From sequence record NC_047880.1: a stretch of DNA of 64,000 nt; one strand, written 5' to 3'. The position numbers and the translations under genes are program-made. Positions 45,778 through 55,359 of this stretch are shown in pieces. Numbering within the stretch: the first letter of the stretch is position 1; each line of letters opens with the position of its first letter. The notes below the pieces were generated by a model. It was not told where the DNA came from and did no database searches. It saw only the letters and a list, made by a program, of their open reading frames with translations.

Positions 45778-46017
45778 TCAGAGTTGACCAGATTCTATCT
45801 GACCATCCTGATACAGTTCGCGTTTGCGTTCTTTCCAAGTGGAAGACACATCGTTGAAGAACTCGCGCAATTTATCATCGTCAAGTTCGAACGGTTGTGC
45901 TACTTCGTACTTATCGCAAAGGCTTTTAAACGTTTTCGCATACTCCGTTTGCAGCAGTGATTGTGCAGCGCTCACGCTAATAAACGGCTTAGCAGATAGA
46001 ACAATGTTCAGTTGCAT
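45778..46017 (-). CDS. hypothetical protein
   Basis: GAGGA RBS. Confidence 0.6.
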   Translation of the reverse strand: MQLNIVLSAKPFISVSAAQSLLQTEYAKTFKSLCDKYEVAQPFELDDDKLREFFNDVSSTWKERKRELYQDGQIESGQL

Positions 46018-46047
46018 TATGTTATCCTCTCTTGTTATGTACGCTTT

Positions 46048-46055
46048 AAATTACT
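46048..46055 (-). promoter_or_regulatory. AGTAATTT motif upstream of lysis genes
   Basis: AAATTACT on + strand. Confidence 0.45.
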
Positions 46056-46650
46056 GTGCGTACTTCAAAACAAGATCATTGAGAAGAATAGCTTTTGACT
46101 GATCGAGCGTTGCGGAACTGTTAGCGAATACTTGCCCGCCAACGATTTTAAGATCAGCAGTAGAGTTTTCATCACCAACAGAACCCACAAACAGTTCGAC
46201 AGTACGACCAAGGTTGTTACCAACAAGACCTGTTGACAAGTCAAGTTCGTTAACGCCCAGCATCAGATAGCAGAACCATGTAGGAGTACCATCAGCTTTG
46301 ATGTAACAACTACGGGTATCGCTCGCACCTGCAAGAATGTTGTTTGCAGCGGCAGCAGATAAGGCGGCAACGTATTTCGTATCAGCCTGAACAGACACAG
46401 GGCGGATAGTTGCAACACCACCAAGATAGTCTGTGTTACGTGCATCAAGCAACGGCTTAGGATAGATGAAGTACGAATTACCTGTAATGCTTGTCTTGAG
46501 GTAGTCCGTCAATTCTGCTTTCGTTGGCATGACACCTTTGAATAACAGAACAGCAGAACCGACGCCTGTTACTGTAGTGGGCTTTGTAGAGATAGCGCTG
46601 TTGACAGCCATTCGATGCAGAGCCGCAGCAGTGTTAGGAAGTAAGCGCAT
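46051..46650 (-). CDS. virion/fibre-like paralog, short class
   Basis: LLFKGVMPT...PTWF...GSVGDENSTADLKIVGG. Confidence 0.65.
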   Translation of the reverse strand: MRLLPNTAAALHRMAVNSAISTKPTTVTGVGSAVLLFKGVMPTKAELTDYLKTSITGNSYFIYPKPLLDARNTDYLGGVATIRPVSVQADTKYVAALSAAAANNILAGASDTRSCYIKADGTPTWFCYLMLGVNELDLSTGLVGNNLGRTVELFVGSVGDENSTADLKIVGGQVFANSSATLDQSKAILLNDLVLKYAQ

Positions 46651-47624
46651 TAGAGTGTCTCCCCTACTGAGGCAATGAAAGGGATTGTGATATCACTGAT
46701 ATTCGGATGTCCGTACTTACCTGTCTGTGCGATATCGAGTACAAAGTCTGTATTGATATCAAGGACCATACCTAGATACTCGTCATCAACAGCAGACAAC
46801 ACGGTGATATAGGATGACGTAGCGATTGTACTCGGCACCAACACGGCATGAGTGATAGGCGTCTGAGCAAATGCTGTACCCTGCTCCGCATAGAACTGGA
46901 ATACATTATTCTGTCCTGCTGCTTTACACACAAGTCTGATCTTACGTGCAGAGAAGTCCAGACCTTCTGTCATACCAGTAGTCAGAACGATAGGCATCCA
47001 CACACCAGTAGCAGTGTCTTGATAGAGTGCATCAAAGCCACTAACAGCAAGAGCATAGATACTACGGAATTTCAAAGTACGACCGAAGTCATACTCAACC
47101 ATTTCGCCTACAGCCCACGCAGTTGTCAGAGCTTGCAACTCAATACCGAGAGCGCCTTGTGCTACGATCAAGTTTGCCGCTTTAGAAGAACCCACTAAGT
47201 TCGTGATGCGTGTGTATTCAGGATAGACAGCATAGATCTTAGTGGGGACGCCCGCAACGCTAACAGTACGGGGTGCACCATAACCCCCAAACGGAAGCAT
47301 ACCACGAGCGCGTGAGAAGCGGCGCTGGAAGTTGTTGTCTGAGTCTGAGGTCTGCACCATATACTTCATATCAACAACAGCGCGTGAACTAGCAATCAAG
47401 TCGGCGAGTGTCTTAGGCACGTTGTTCGAACTACCAGAACGAAGGAACGCAAGCATTCCAGTACCTGCGTAGTTGTTGAGTAACGTGTAAAGAGCAAATT
47501 TTTCTGTACCAAACATACATGCTCCTTAATACTTGAGACGCAAGTCCATCGGACGGATTGGAGCAAGCGTGTTCATTGTGACAGCACCGCCTACGATCTT
47601 GAGATCAGCAGCAGAGTTTTCATC
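46151..47624. repeat. 23-nt near-identical repeat pair (46151-46173 and 47602-47624)
   Basis: AGATCAGCAG(T/C)AGAGTTTTCATC, one mismatch; encodes DENSxADL. Confidence 0.8.
46650..47516 (-). CDS. virion/fibre-like paralog, long class
   Basis: EYDFG insert domain shared with neighbours. Confidence 0.6.
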   Translation of the reverse strand: MFGTEKFALYTLLNNYAGTGMLAFLRSGSSNNVPKTLADLIASSRAVVDMKYMVQTSDSDNNFQRRFSRARGMLPFGGYGAPRTVSVAGVPTKIYAVYPEYTRITNLVGSSKAANLIVAQGALGIELQALTTAWAVGEMVEYDFGRTLKFRSIYALAVSGFDALYQDTATGVWMPIVLTTGMTEGLDFSARKIRLVCKAAGQNNVFQFYAEQGTAFAQTPITHAVLVPSTIATSSYITVLSAVDDEYLGMVLDINTDFVLDIAQTGKYGHPNISDITIPFIASVGETL

Positions 47625-48062
47625 TCCGACAGTACCTACGATAATTGTGTAGGCGTTAGTACCAGAAGAAAATCCTGCCCAAGCATCTGAGGTTTGCGCA
47701 GCAGACGAGATGCGAAGCAAGAACCACGTAGGCGTACCAGCTTGTGCAGCAGTGAACGTTGCAGTCTGAGCACTAAGCGGGAATGACACCTGCATATTCT
47801 CAATGTCTGTTACAGGCAGAAACGATTGTGGGAAAACAACGTCTGCAAGGAAATTGCCTGTAGTGGCGAATGCAGCAATTGTACCAGCAGACCACAGAAC
47901 AGACTGAGAAGCTGTTCCAAGTAGAGCTGTAAGCTGATCGTCAGTAGGCATCGTACCAGAGAACAGTGCTAAATGCAGTGCGTTCGCAGAGACGGTACCG
48001 AAAAGACGCTGTGCCTGATTGATAAGACCCGCGTTGCGGTTATAAGCTTGAGCCGTGCGCAT
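47526..48062 (-). CDS. virion/fibre-like paralog, short class
   Basis: LALFSGTMPT...PTWF...GTVGDENSAADLKIVGG. Confidence 0.65.
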   Translation of the reverse strand: MRTAQAYNRNAGLINQAQRLFGTVSANALHLALFSGTMPTDDQLTALLGTASQSVLWSAGTIAAFATTGNFLADVVFPQSFLPVTDIENMQVSFPLSAQTATFTAAQAGTPTWFLLRISSAAQTSDAWAGFSSGTNAYTIIVGTVGDENSAADLKIVGGAVTMNTLAPIRPMDLRLKY

Positions 48063-49135
48063 TAGTATGCCTCCAGGACAATAGGTTTGTATGCGTAGGA
48101 AATAAGACCTACAGTCTGTTCAGTACCTGGGTATACAGTAGCATCAGTGAGGAATAAATCATTCACAGAAGCCTGCTTCAAGTCATCAGTCACAGTGAAT
48201 CCAATGTGCGGGAACAAGCGACCTAATGCCCAGCCAACCGCGTACGGGTTTGTTGAGATAACGCCTGAATACACGTTGGCGGGAGCAGCAGTCATTAGCA
48301 CAGCATGTTGAATCTTACCCAACACACGCGGGCTTGAGCCTGAAACATAATCGCCGTAGAAGTGCAGACTGAACAGACCAATACCGAGCGTGAATGGCCA
48401 CCCAGCCGCTTTCGATACAAGACGGAACTTACGGCCAGTCACAGTTGCAGGAAGTGTGAAGAACTTCTCGCTGTTAGTAGCAGCAACTGTCAGGTTAGTT
48501 GTAACGTTCGTAACATCAGTCCACGTGCTGCCTACTAATACTTGCAGGAAGACCATGTACACGCCAGATGCTAAGAACGGATGAGAACCACTAGACCCTT
48601 GATTCAGAGAAGTCAGACTGTTGATAGTCACGTCTGCACCGAAGTCATACTCTGCGATAGGCCAAGTACCGTCAGCGTTCTGCTTCGGAATAGGCAGAGT
48701 ACCGGCTGCTGCCTGAGTAGCGTACATGATAGCAGAAGTTGCTGAGGCACAACGGTGATTCAAGATCGTACCGAGGGCAATGTCCAACTGATACTGAGCA
48801 TTCGCTTGTGGTACAATGTCAGCGTAAGCAGATGCGTAAGGCAGAGTCAATTTAGGTAGAACGCGCTTGCCACGGAAGCCTGCAACTGTAGTCCATGCAG
48901 GCGCTGGAGATATCTGATATGCAGGATACGTCAGTGGTGTAAGTGTCTGCAACCCGTTAGCACTAGCAGCCTGAACAAACATACGGCCAGACACCATGTT
49001 GTTGGCAAGAGTCTGCGCATCATAGTTCAGCGGATTCGGAAGCGTGTTCTCCATAAAAGCACAAAACTGTACTTGTGGAGTCGTCTGTGCAATTGGTAAC
49101 ATTTTCATATTTACATGCCCTAGTTTTAAAGACAA
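48062..49135 (-). CDS. virion/fibre-like paralog, long class
   Basis: AEYDFGADVTI, KFRLVSK; discoidin/jelly-roll-like insert. Confidence 0.6.
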   Translation of the reverse strand: MSLKLGHVNMKMLPIAQTTPQVQFCAFMENTLPNPLNYDAQTLANNMVSGRMFVQAASANGLQTLTPLTYPAYQISPAPAWTTVAGFRGKRVLPKLTLPYASAYADIVPQANAQYQLDIALGTILNHRCASATSAIMYATQAAAGTLPIPKQNADGTWPIAEYDFGADVTINSLTSLNQGSSGSHPFLASGVYMVFLQVLVGSTWTDVTNVTTNLTVAATNSEKFFTLPATVTGRKFRLVSKAAGWPFTLGIGLFSLHFYGDYVSGSSPRVLGKIQHAVLMTAAPANVYSGVISTNPYAVGWALGRLFPHIGFTVTDDLKQASVNDLFLTDATVYPGTEQTVGLISYAYKPIVLEAY

Positions 49136-49179
49136 TTTAAATTAAAGACAGTGGCCTGAATGAGCACCACTGTTTAGCA

Positions 49180-49701
49180 TTACAGTTGGAAGTTCAGATC
49201 AAGCAGACGATACGTTTGACCCGCAACAATATTGCCACCAATGAAGCGGAGTTCTGCATCTGAGCTATCCGTACCAACAGTACCGATAATCAGATTATTG
49301 ATGTATCCTGTTGAGTTGAACCCTGCCCATGACTGAGAGGCCGCTGCAACACTGCATTGACGTAACACGAAATACGTAGGCGTACCCCCAGCAAGACCTA
49401 ACACAGATTGAGATAAAGCGCTCAATGGTAGTGTGACTGTTCGAGCATCTACGTTAATCACAGGTGTCATGGCCGGGCACACAATAGAACCAAGGTAGTT
49501 CGCTTGTACGATACCCATGTTCGTGAACGCAGTGGCGAGCGAGATCAAAGTTGAGTTCGGTGTGCCCGGAGTTACCGTCAGAGCATCTTCCAGTCTAGGC
49601 ACAGAGCCTTTGAACAGACCGATGTGCATCGTGTTCAGAGGAATAGCAGAAGCGAACAGACCGTTAATCTCAACAAGAGATGTACCTTTATTGCTAATCA
49701 T
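49180..49701 (-). CDS. virion/fibre-like paralog, short class
   Basis: IGLFKGSVP...PTYF...GTVGTDSSDAELRFIGG. Confidence 0.65.
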   Translation of the reverse strand: MISNKGTSLVEINGLFASAIPLNTMHIGLFKGSVPRLEDALTVTPGTPNSTLISLATAFTNMGIVQANYLGSIVCPAMTPVINVDARTVTLPLSALSQSVLGLAGGTPTYFVLRQCSVAAASQSWAGFNSTGYINNLIIGTVGTDSSDAELRFIGGNIVAGQTYRLLDLNFQL

Positions 49702-50792
49702 ACACCTCTCCCCTTCATTGGGTTTGCACGAAGACGAAACGCAGGGATAGGGAATTCACCGAGATTGCGTGAATAGTTTGCATCGCCTACCAGCAGATCG
49801 TTTGCGCCCTGCAATTTGATATCATCAGTGATACGCAATCCGATTTGAGTCCAATAGCGTCCGCTCGCAGCGTTTGCTACAGCAGGAGCGGTAAAGGACC
49901 AGACAGATGACGCAATCTGCGTGTTCGCTGTGATAGTCGTCATGACCATACTTTTAATCTTCCCGATAACGCGAGGCGCTTGACCTACATAGTTACCGAA
50001 GAACATTAAGCCAAACGGATAGAAGCCGCTCGTAGTAGGCACGGCTTCTTGCTTACTCACGATACGGAACTTCGTTGCAGTTACAGGCTGGTCGAGCGTA
50101 GTGCCTACAGGTGTATAGTTTGTGATCGTCCGCAGTCGAGCGAATGCGTCTACAACATCTACCCACACGTTATTCACAAGAGCCTGTACAAACTGTTGCT
50201 GGTTGTTGAAGAATACCATCTGAGTCTGCGACGTTGAACCCGTAGAGACTACAACAAGGTCTGAGATCGTTACGTCAGCACCGAAGTCATACTCGGCAAA
50301 CAAGTACCAGCCTTCATCTGTCTTTGAGTAGTTCGGGCAGAACAAGTTACCCGAAGTTATCAAGTATTGAGGATTCGTGATACTCAAGCGGTGTGACAGG
50401 ATTGTCTGAGCCACAGTTTCATTGTACGCTGTTACGTTAAGCGCATTAAGTGCTCGGGTTCGCTGGTCGAGAGCAGGTAGTCGCACTTTAGGCACGATAC
50501 GATTCAGTGTATCATAGCGTGTACCTAAACCACTACCCTGCTTGAATGGAACCCATGCAGGATAGAAGTTATTCATAGGCATGTGCGCAAGAAGTTGCGG
50601 CTCATACTTTTGTTGAATAGGTGATGCAGGCACAGTTGTGTTGATTGTACGAGTCAGTGAACGGAACGTTACTGCATCATTGAACGCACCGTGTACGCTT
50701 CTGTCTAACGGGTTGGGCAAGTCTGTATCGAACAGCAGACCTAGCAGCGTAGTCACGGGCTGGTTAAGACTCGTCATCGGTAAAATTTGCAT
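49698..50792 (-). CDS. virion/fibre-like paralog, long class
   Basis: AEYDFGADVTI, KFRIVSK; close to the 48062 product. Confidence 0.6.
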   Translation of the reverse strand: MQILPMTSLNQPVTTLLGLLFDTDLPNPLDRSVHGAFNDAVTFRSLTRTINTTVPASPIQQKYEPQLLAHMPMNNFYPAWVPFKQGSGLGTRYDTLNRIVPKVRLPALDQRTRALNALNVTAYNETVAQTILSHRLSITNPQYLITSGNLFCPNYSKTDEGWYLFAEYDFGADVTISDLVVVSTGSTSQTQMVFFNNQQQFVQALVNNVWVDVVDAFARLRTITNYTPVGTTLDQPVTATKFRIVSKQEAVPTTSGFYPFGLMFFGNYVGQAPRVIGKIKSMVMTTITANTQIASSVWSFTAPAVANAASGRYWTQIGLRITDDIKLQGANDLLVGDANYSRNLGEFPIPAFRLRANPMKGRGV

Positions 50793-50801
50793 AACGATTC
50801 C

Positions 50802-51383
50802 TTATGAGTACACGATGTTGTTGAGAACGGTAAGGCTCGTCAGAGTTGCTGAACCGTCGCCTGCAATAACAATTGGAGCACCCATCTTTTGAAGGTCTTC
50901 GATGGTCAACTCGATGCAACTACAGATACGCGCAGCACTCACAGTCGGTGCAATTGTTGAGTTGTGCATCATGATATACATGCGATTGAAAGGCACCAAG
51001 TTCACAGGCAGAGAGCCTAGTGAGTTGTCGATGAATTCAAACACACGCTCACCACCACCTCTGTTTGTTTGACGCAGCAGACCAGTAGAGAACTGAGTAG
51101 GCGTCATCACACACGTAGGGAAGTTTGCTGCGAGGAAAGCGCGTAACGTGTCAATACTGAATGGTGCACCGACCACAGTATTCCACACAGAATCAGGTAT
51201 AGCATCCCCGTTAGAGAATACGATAGCAGCCTGATATTCAGTTGAGTACGGTACGCCGAACCCTGTGTCAGTTGCGTCAGTATAAGCAGACACATAACGA
51301 GGCATAAAGACGCCTTCTGTCGTATTAACAGCAGAGCCGAGTGGGTCTCCGCGCATGTTCTGCAAAGCTTTTGAGATAAACAT
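50802..51383 (-). CDS. putative virion protein in paralog array
   Basis: IVFSNGDAIP resembles the shared N-terminal motif. Confidence 0.5.
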   Translation of the reverse strand: MFISKALQNMRGDPLGSAVNTTEGVFMPRYVSAYTDATDTGFGVPYSTEYQAAIVFSNGDAIPDSVWNTVVGAPFSIDTLRAFLAANFPTCVMTPTQFSTGLLRQTNRGGGERVFEFIDNSLGSLPVNLVPFNRMYIMMHNSTIAPTVSAARICSCIELTIEDLQKMGAPIVIAGDGSATLTSLTVLNNIVYS

Positions 51384-52294
51384 TATGAGCCACTCCTTTG
51401 CGTGAAGCGAAGCTTAGGACAGTACACGCGAGTCAGTTTGTTCGGCACGATGTTGCCTACAATTTTAAACGGACCTGCAACACCACACGCATCAGCAGCA
51501 AACATGATTTCATCAGAGTAATCAATATCACCGTGAGTACGTGTATTCGTGTGTGCAAGTGCGGCCCAAGTAGGTTGAGTCTGGGGCGTGGACGGAGCTT
51601 GGTCCACAGACGAAAGCAGAACGAAAGCAGCATCAACAGAATTAGCGCCACCGACGGACTTGAGACGATATTTCTTCGAAGCAACAGGTGAAGTTATAGG
51701 ATAACAGTTTGCTTCTCCTGCTAAAACAGTACCTAAAGTAGTAGCTGTCTCTGTGTTATCTTCCGCAATACGCACAAGCTGATACGAGCCACCACTGACA
51801 GTACCCATGTACTTAATGTGAGTGATAGTAACCGCAGCATCAAACTCAATCACGTAGTCGCCATAGCCAGTACGAGCGTGAGTAAGGTTGACAGTGCCGC
51901 TAGAAGTAAGAAACGAGATGTTACGATCAGACTGTGCGTTACTCTGAATAGTACGAGGCATAAGCTGTGTGACAGGCAAGAGCGCCGTACCAATAGTCCC
52001 GTAGTACGATACACCCTTTGGAATGTATTGAGACTGGAGCTGCAACGCAATAACGTTACCGTTCTCAATACCTGTTACCGGGCTGCGGACAAGTCCGAGA
52101 CTTTTGTTGTACAAGTCTGCGAGAGAACGTGAGTTGAAGACCTCTGCGAAGCCTTCTTTTGAAGTAGGCATACGGCCATCAAACATGAACAACGACCAGC
52201 CTGCTCCGACATGTGGACTATACAAGGCGACCGCTAGATTGACGTTACTGCCAATCATGCTCTGTGCCATAATTCTGTTATTGATGATTTTCAT
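51383..52294 (-). CDS. virion/fibre-like paralog, long class
   Basis: LFMFDGRMP, IEFDAAVTI, PTWAAL; likely ATG 52294. Confidence 0.6.
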   Translation of the reverse strand: MKIINNRIMAQSMIGSNVNLAVALYSPHVGAGWSLFMFDGRMPTSKEGFAEVFNSRSLADLYNKSLGLVRSPVTGIENGNVIALQLQSQYIPKGVSYYGTIGTALLPVTQLMPRTIQSNAQSDRNISFLTSSGTVNLTHARTGYGDYVIEFDAAVTITHIKYMGTVSGGSYQLVRIAEDNTETATTLGTVLAGEANCYPITSPVASKKYRLKSVGGANSVDAAFVLLSSVDQAPSTPQTQPTWAALAHTNTRTHGDIDYSDEIMFAADACGVAGPFKIVGNIVPNKLTRVYCPKLRFTQRSGS

Positions 52295-52295
52295 A

Positions 52296-52754
52296 TTACC
52301 CCACCAGCGGCGCAACAGGCTTGTTAGCAAACTTGGTGTCTGTCAGGTCGAGAGCACCAACAGTCACTTCCATTACGATGTTGTCGTACAGGGGTTCAAG
52401 CTGTACATCAGTGACGAAAGAACCAGAAGCTTCAACAGCACTAATAGTAGGTGCTGCGAGTGAGCCACGCATCGTCGAGTTCTTAAACGTTGACTGAATC
52501 TGTGTCACTACTTTTGGTGCAGGCACAGAGGTATTTGTGGTTGCTGAAACAACTGAGCGCTGAGGCAATGCAATCGGAGTGAATGCAAGAGCAGCGGCAG
52601 GTGCTGAATCAACTTTTACCTGTTGGCGAGTCAAATACACTGACTTGTCCGCGGACGAAACGAACGGTTGGCTGTTGTCCGTTTCAATCTGTGAGAAGAT
52701 CAGCGTGAAGTCTACGAACAGGTCTGGGTCATATGCTACGACTTGAACAAACAT
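52296..52754 (-). CDS. putative virion protein
   Basis: MEVTVGALDLTD resembles the shared C-terminal motif. Confidence 0.5.
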   Translation of the reverse strand: MFVQVVAYDPDLFVDFTLIFSQIETDNSQPFVSSADKSVYLTRQQVKVDSAPAAALAFTPIALPQRSVVSATTNTSVPAPKVVTQIQSTFKNSTMRGSLAAPTISAVEASGSFVTDVQLEPLYDNIVMEVTVGALDLTDTKFANKPVAPLVG

Positions 52755-53839
52755 TAGTAAGCTCCTTGACGTACACCGTACTGATCGATGATAGGAGTGT
52801 AAGTAGCATTAGCACCTGCACCGTAGCCACCAGTAACCATGTGACCAGAAGCAACGGGCTGAAGGTTAGCGAAAGCAAACGAATCCATCAGCACACCATT
52901 AGCATAGAACGAGTGCATGTTGGTGGTCGCATCATACACGTACTTGATCTTAATCGGCGTTGTAGACTTCATCGCTGCATAGTTATCAATCGGCCGCTGG
53001 ACACGAGGAGTAATTACGCCGCCACCAACGTTGTTCCAGACAAGCAGACCGCCTTCATTCGAGAAGTCTAATGCTACTGTGAAGCGGTTAGTCAGCGTCG
53101 TGCCAATCTTAATGATGTTAAACTCGGCTAGACGTGTAGCATCTTGCTGGTGGTACATGAAATCAATCGTGTAAGACTGAGAAGGATTCAGGAAAGTACC
53201 GGTCACGCTCAACACGCCCGTAGTGCCTAAATCAATACCGAGTCCATCAGCAGCAAGAACAGCATTGCCTGTAACAGCAAAGTTGTTGTTCATGTAATCA
53301 AGGAACGAAGGAGTTGAGAACTTGAGTTTATCCAGTGCGATAATCTCATTACCTTGAATCCATGAGTTAAGATCAGAGAACGTCTTAGACAGGCTGATAC
53401 CGAATGCGAGAATGGTGACAGTAGTCTTATACCCGTTCGGGTCGAACTTGATGTTCAGATCAGGATAAAGCAGTGTCACATCAGGGCCGACTTGCAGACA
53501 GATAGGCAAGACACCACCTAAAATCAGATGTGTCGGTACACCTTCCGCTGTAGCAGTCAACGTGCAATCCGAGATTGCTAACGTTGCAGCAGAAATAGTG
53601 CGGACGCAGTTAGTGCCTTTAGCAAGGACTTTGCAGATGCCAGTAGAAGCAGCAAGCGCAGCATCAAACATATAGCCAGCACCTGTTGCAGTTTGATAGT
53701 TCAGGCACTTGTTCAGGTCATTCTCCGTGAAGCCACTATTGAGTGACACGAGATAGCATGACTTGTCATCAATGTTGGCGTTGGCGAATAAACGAGAAAG
53801 CTGGCCTACAGTAGAACCAGAAAACAGTTTCAATTTCAT
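52754..53839 (-). CDS. putative fibre protein with C-terminal LamG/concanavalin-like domain
   Basis: SYTIDFMY...HSFYANGVL...MVTGG beta-sandwich pattern. Confidence 0.55.
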   Translation of the reverse strand: MKLKLFSGSTVGQLSRLFANANIDDKSCYLVSLNSGFTENDLNKCLNYQTATGAGYMFDAALAASTGICKVLAKGTNCVRTISAATLAISDCTLTATAEGVPTHLILGGVLPICLQVGPDVTLLYPDLNIKFDPNGYKTTVTILAFGISLSKTFSDLNSWIQGNEIIALDKLKFSTPSFLDYMNNNFAVTGNAVLAADGLGIDLGTTGVLSVTGTFLNPSQSYTIDFMYHQQDATRLAEFNIIKIGTTLTNRFTVALDFSNEGGLLVWNNVGGGVITPRVQRPIDNYAAMKSTTPIKIKYVYDATTNMHSFYANGVLMDSFAFANLQPVASGHMVTGGYGAGANATYTPIIDQYGVRQGAY

Positions 53840-53840
53840 G

Positions 53841-54785
53841 TTATACCTCGGTCGATGTTCTGATCTGAGCTACGGTAGCAAACTCACCTGGGCCTAATGA
53901 AGGCGCAAGCAGTTCGACCATGTTACCGCTATTGATTCCACCGACAGATACAGCGAAGTAGGTAGGCTCGTAGTTGCCTGTAGCAAGAGCACCGTAGTTT
54001 GTGTCGTGAATAACAACCATCGCCCACTTCAATGTCTTGTACGCAGCAATGGCAGATACATCAGACGCAGTTGCAGGAACAGCGAGACGTTGAGCAGTCA
54101 CGGCCTGAGTGATACGGAAGCGTTTCGAAGAAGGAGTAGGCGTAGCCATCACGTTACCTTCTTGGTTTGCTGCAATAGACCACGCGAGTGCAGCACCAAC
54201 AACACCAGTATCAGACACAGGAGCAATCGTACCGCTACATGCAGTCAAGCTTGTTGAGCGACCAACGAATGCGTTGATGACTACAGCTTGATCGAACTCA
54301 ACCTCTGTAACAAGCCCACGAATGAACGGAGCTAGTTCATCAGTAGGAACACCTGCATAACGATGAACAGGGTAAAGCGCTGTGCCGAACAGCTTACGAT
54401 TGCCTGTAAGAGCAGACGTTGTGTACGCTGTCGTAATGTCCGTGCCAGCAAGCTGACTGATAGGCTGAACGATCTTCGGATAGTGAATCGTTGCACCAGA
54501 CTTGTCTTCGTACACGCTGCCTGAACGTGCTTTGAATCCAACTTGCTGGTCCATCATATTCAGCAGACCTTCTTGCGTTGGCCGAAGATATACAGCAGTC
54601 GCTGCTACTGATTGTTTCAGTAGTTCACGCAAGTCCATCGTGTAGTTGGTGAACATGCCTGCTTCTGGCATATCGCTGTCGAAGAAAAACATCTGAGCGA
54701 GAATGCCTTGGTTAGCCACAGCAGCCCAACCCGACGTTAGTTGCGCTACAGAGAAAGGCAACAAGTTGTGTCCTAAAATGCGCAT
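53841..54785 (-). CDS. virion/fibre-like paralog, long class
   Basis: MFFFDSDMP, VEFDQAVVI, LKWAMV, VSVGGINSG. Confidence 0.6.
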   Translation of the reverse strand: MRILGHNLLPFSVAQLTSGWAAVANQGILAQMFFFDSDMPEAGMFTNYTMDLRELLKQSVAATAVYLRPTQEGLLNMMDQQVGFKARSGSVYEDKSGATIHYPKIVQPISQLAGTDITTAYTTSALTGNRKLFGTALYPVHRYAGVPTDELAPFIRGLVTEVEFDQAVVINAFVGRSTSLTACSGTIAPVSDTGVVGAALAWSIAANQEGNVMATPTPSSKRFRITQAVTAQRLAVPATASDVSAIAAYKTLKWAMVVIHDTNYGALATGNYEPTYFAVSVGGINSGNMVELLAPSLGPGEFATVAQIRTSTEV

Positions 54786-55282
54786 TAGAACTCCTTAGAA
54801 TCACGGCATACGGTTGCAAGAAACTTACCGTTACGGAAGTTCGCAGCAGTCAGAATCAAGTCAGCACCAGAACCAGCAGCACCGATTGTCAGAATCAGGA
54901 AGCCGCCGTACGGTGTACTTGAGATATCTTTGTTGAAGACTAACACGTTATACGCTGCAAGGAAGTCGCTCACTGTTCCTGCGAACGTTCCGTTTACTGT
55001 TGCAGTAAGACGGAATTTGTACTTGTTCGTAGAGCCGTGAATCCAACGTACAGGGTTGACATTGAGTGTTGTCATGTCAAGCACTGCGGTTGCACCGATT
55101 GCAGTCTGGATAGTCGTGCCGTCAGCAACAACGATGTTTGCTGGGTCAGGAACTTTTGCAAAACACACAGTCTTCTGCATGTTCGACAGACCGTACTTCA
55201 ATGGCGGGTCAGTTGCAGGACGAGCACCAGAAGAAGGAATGGTGATTCCGTTGGCAACTAGAGGGAAGGAAATTATTTCCAT
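54785..55282 (-). CDS. virion/fibre-like paralog, short class
   Basis: LTIGAAGSGADLIL. Confidence 0.55.
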   Translation of the reverse strand: MEIISFPLVANGITIPSSGARPATDPPLKYGLSNMQKTVCFAKVPDPANIVVADGTTIQTAIGATAVLDMTTLNVNPVRWIHGSTNKYKFRLTATVNGTFAGTVSDFLAAYNVLVFNKDISSTPYGGFLILTIGAAGSGADLILTAANFRNGKFLATVCRDSKEF

Positions 55283-55309
55283 TGGGGTTTCTCCTGTTGA
55301 TTCAAACTT

Positions 55310-55317
55310 AAATTACT
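55310..55317 (-). promoter_or_regulatory. AGTAATTT motif upstream of paralog array
   Basis: Intergenic AAATTACT on + strand, before AGGAG RBS. Confidence 0.5.
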
Positions 55318-55359
55318 GTGTGACGAAGTTCGTCTCAATAATAGGTCTGTGTTCTTGTC

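Larger units (their letters stand above)
47082..50294. repeat. three identical 15-nt copies ACCGAAGTCATACTC (47082, 48638, 50280)
   Basis: Each encodes EYDFG on the - strand. Confidence 0.8.

Noticed and set aside
49108-49115. TGTAAATA on the minus strand
   Set aside because: It lacks the preceding C and abuts the probable start codons, leaving no room for a leader
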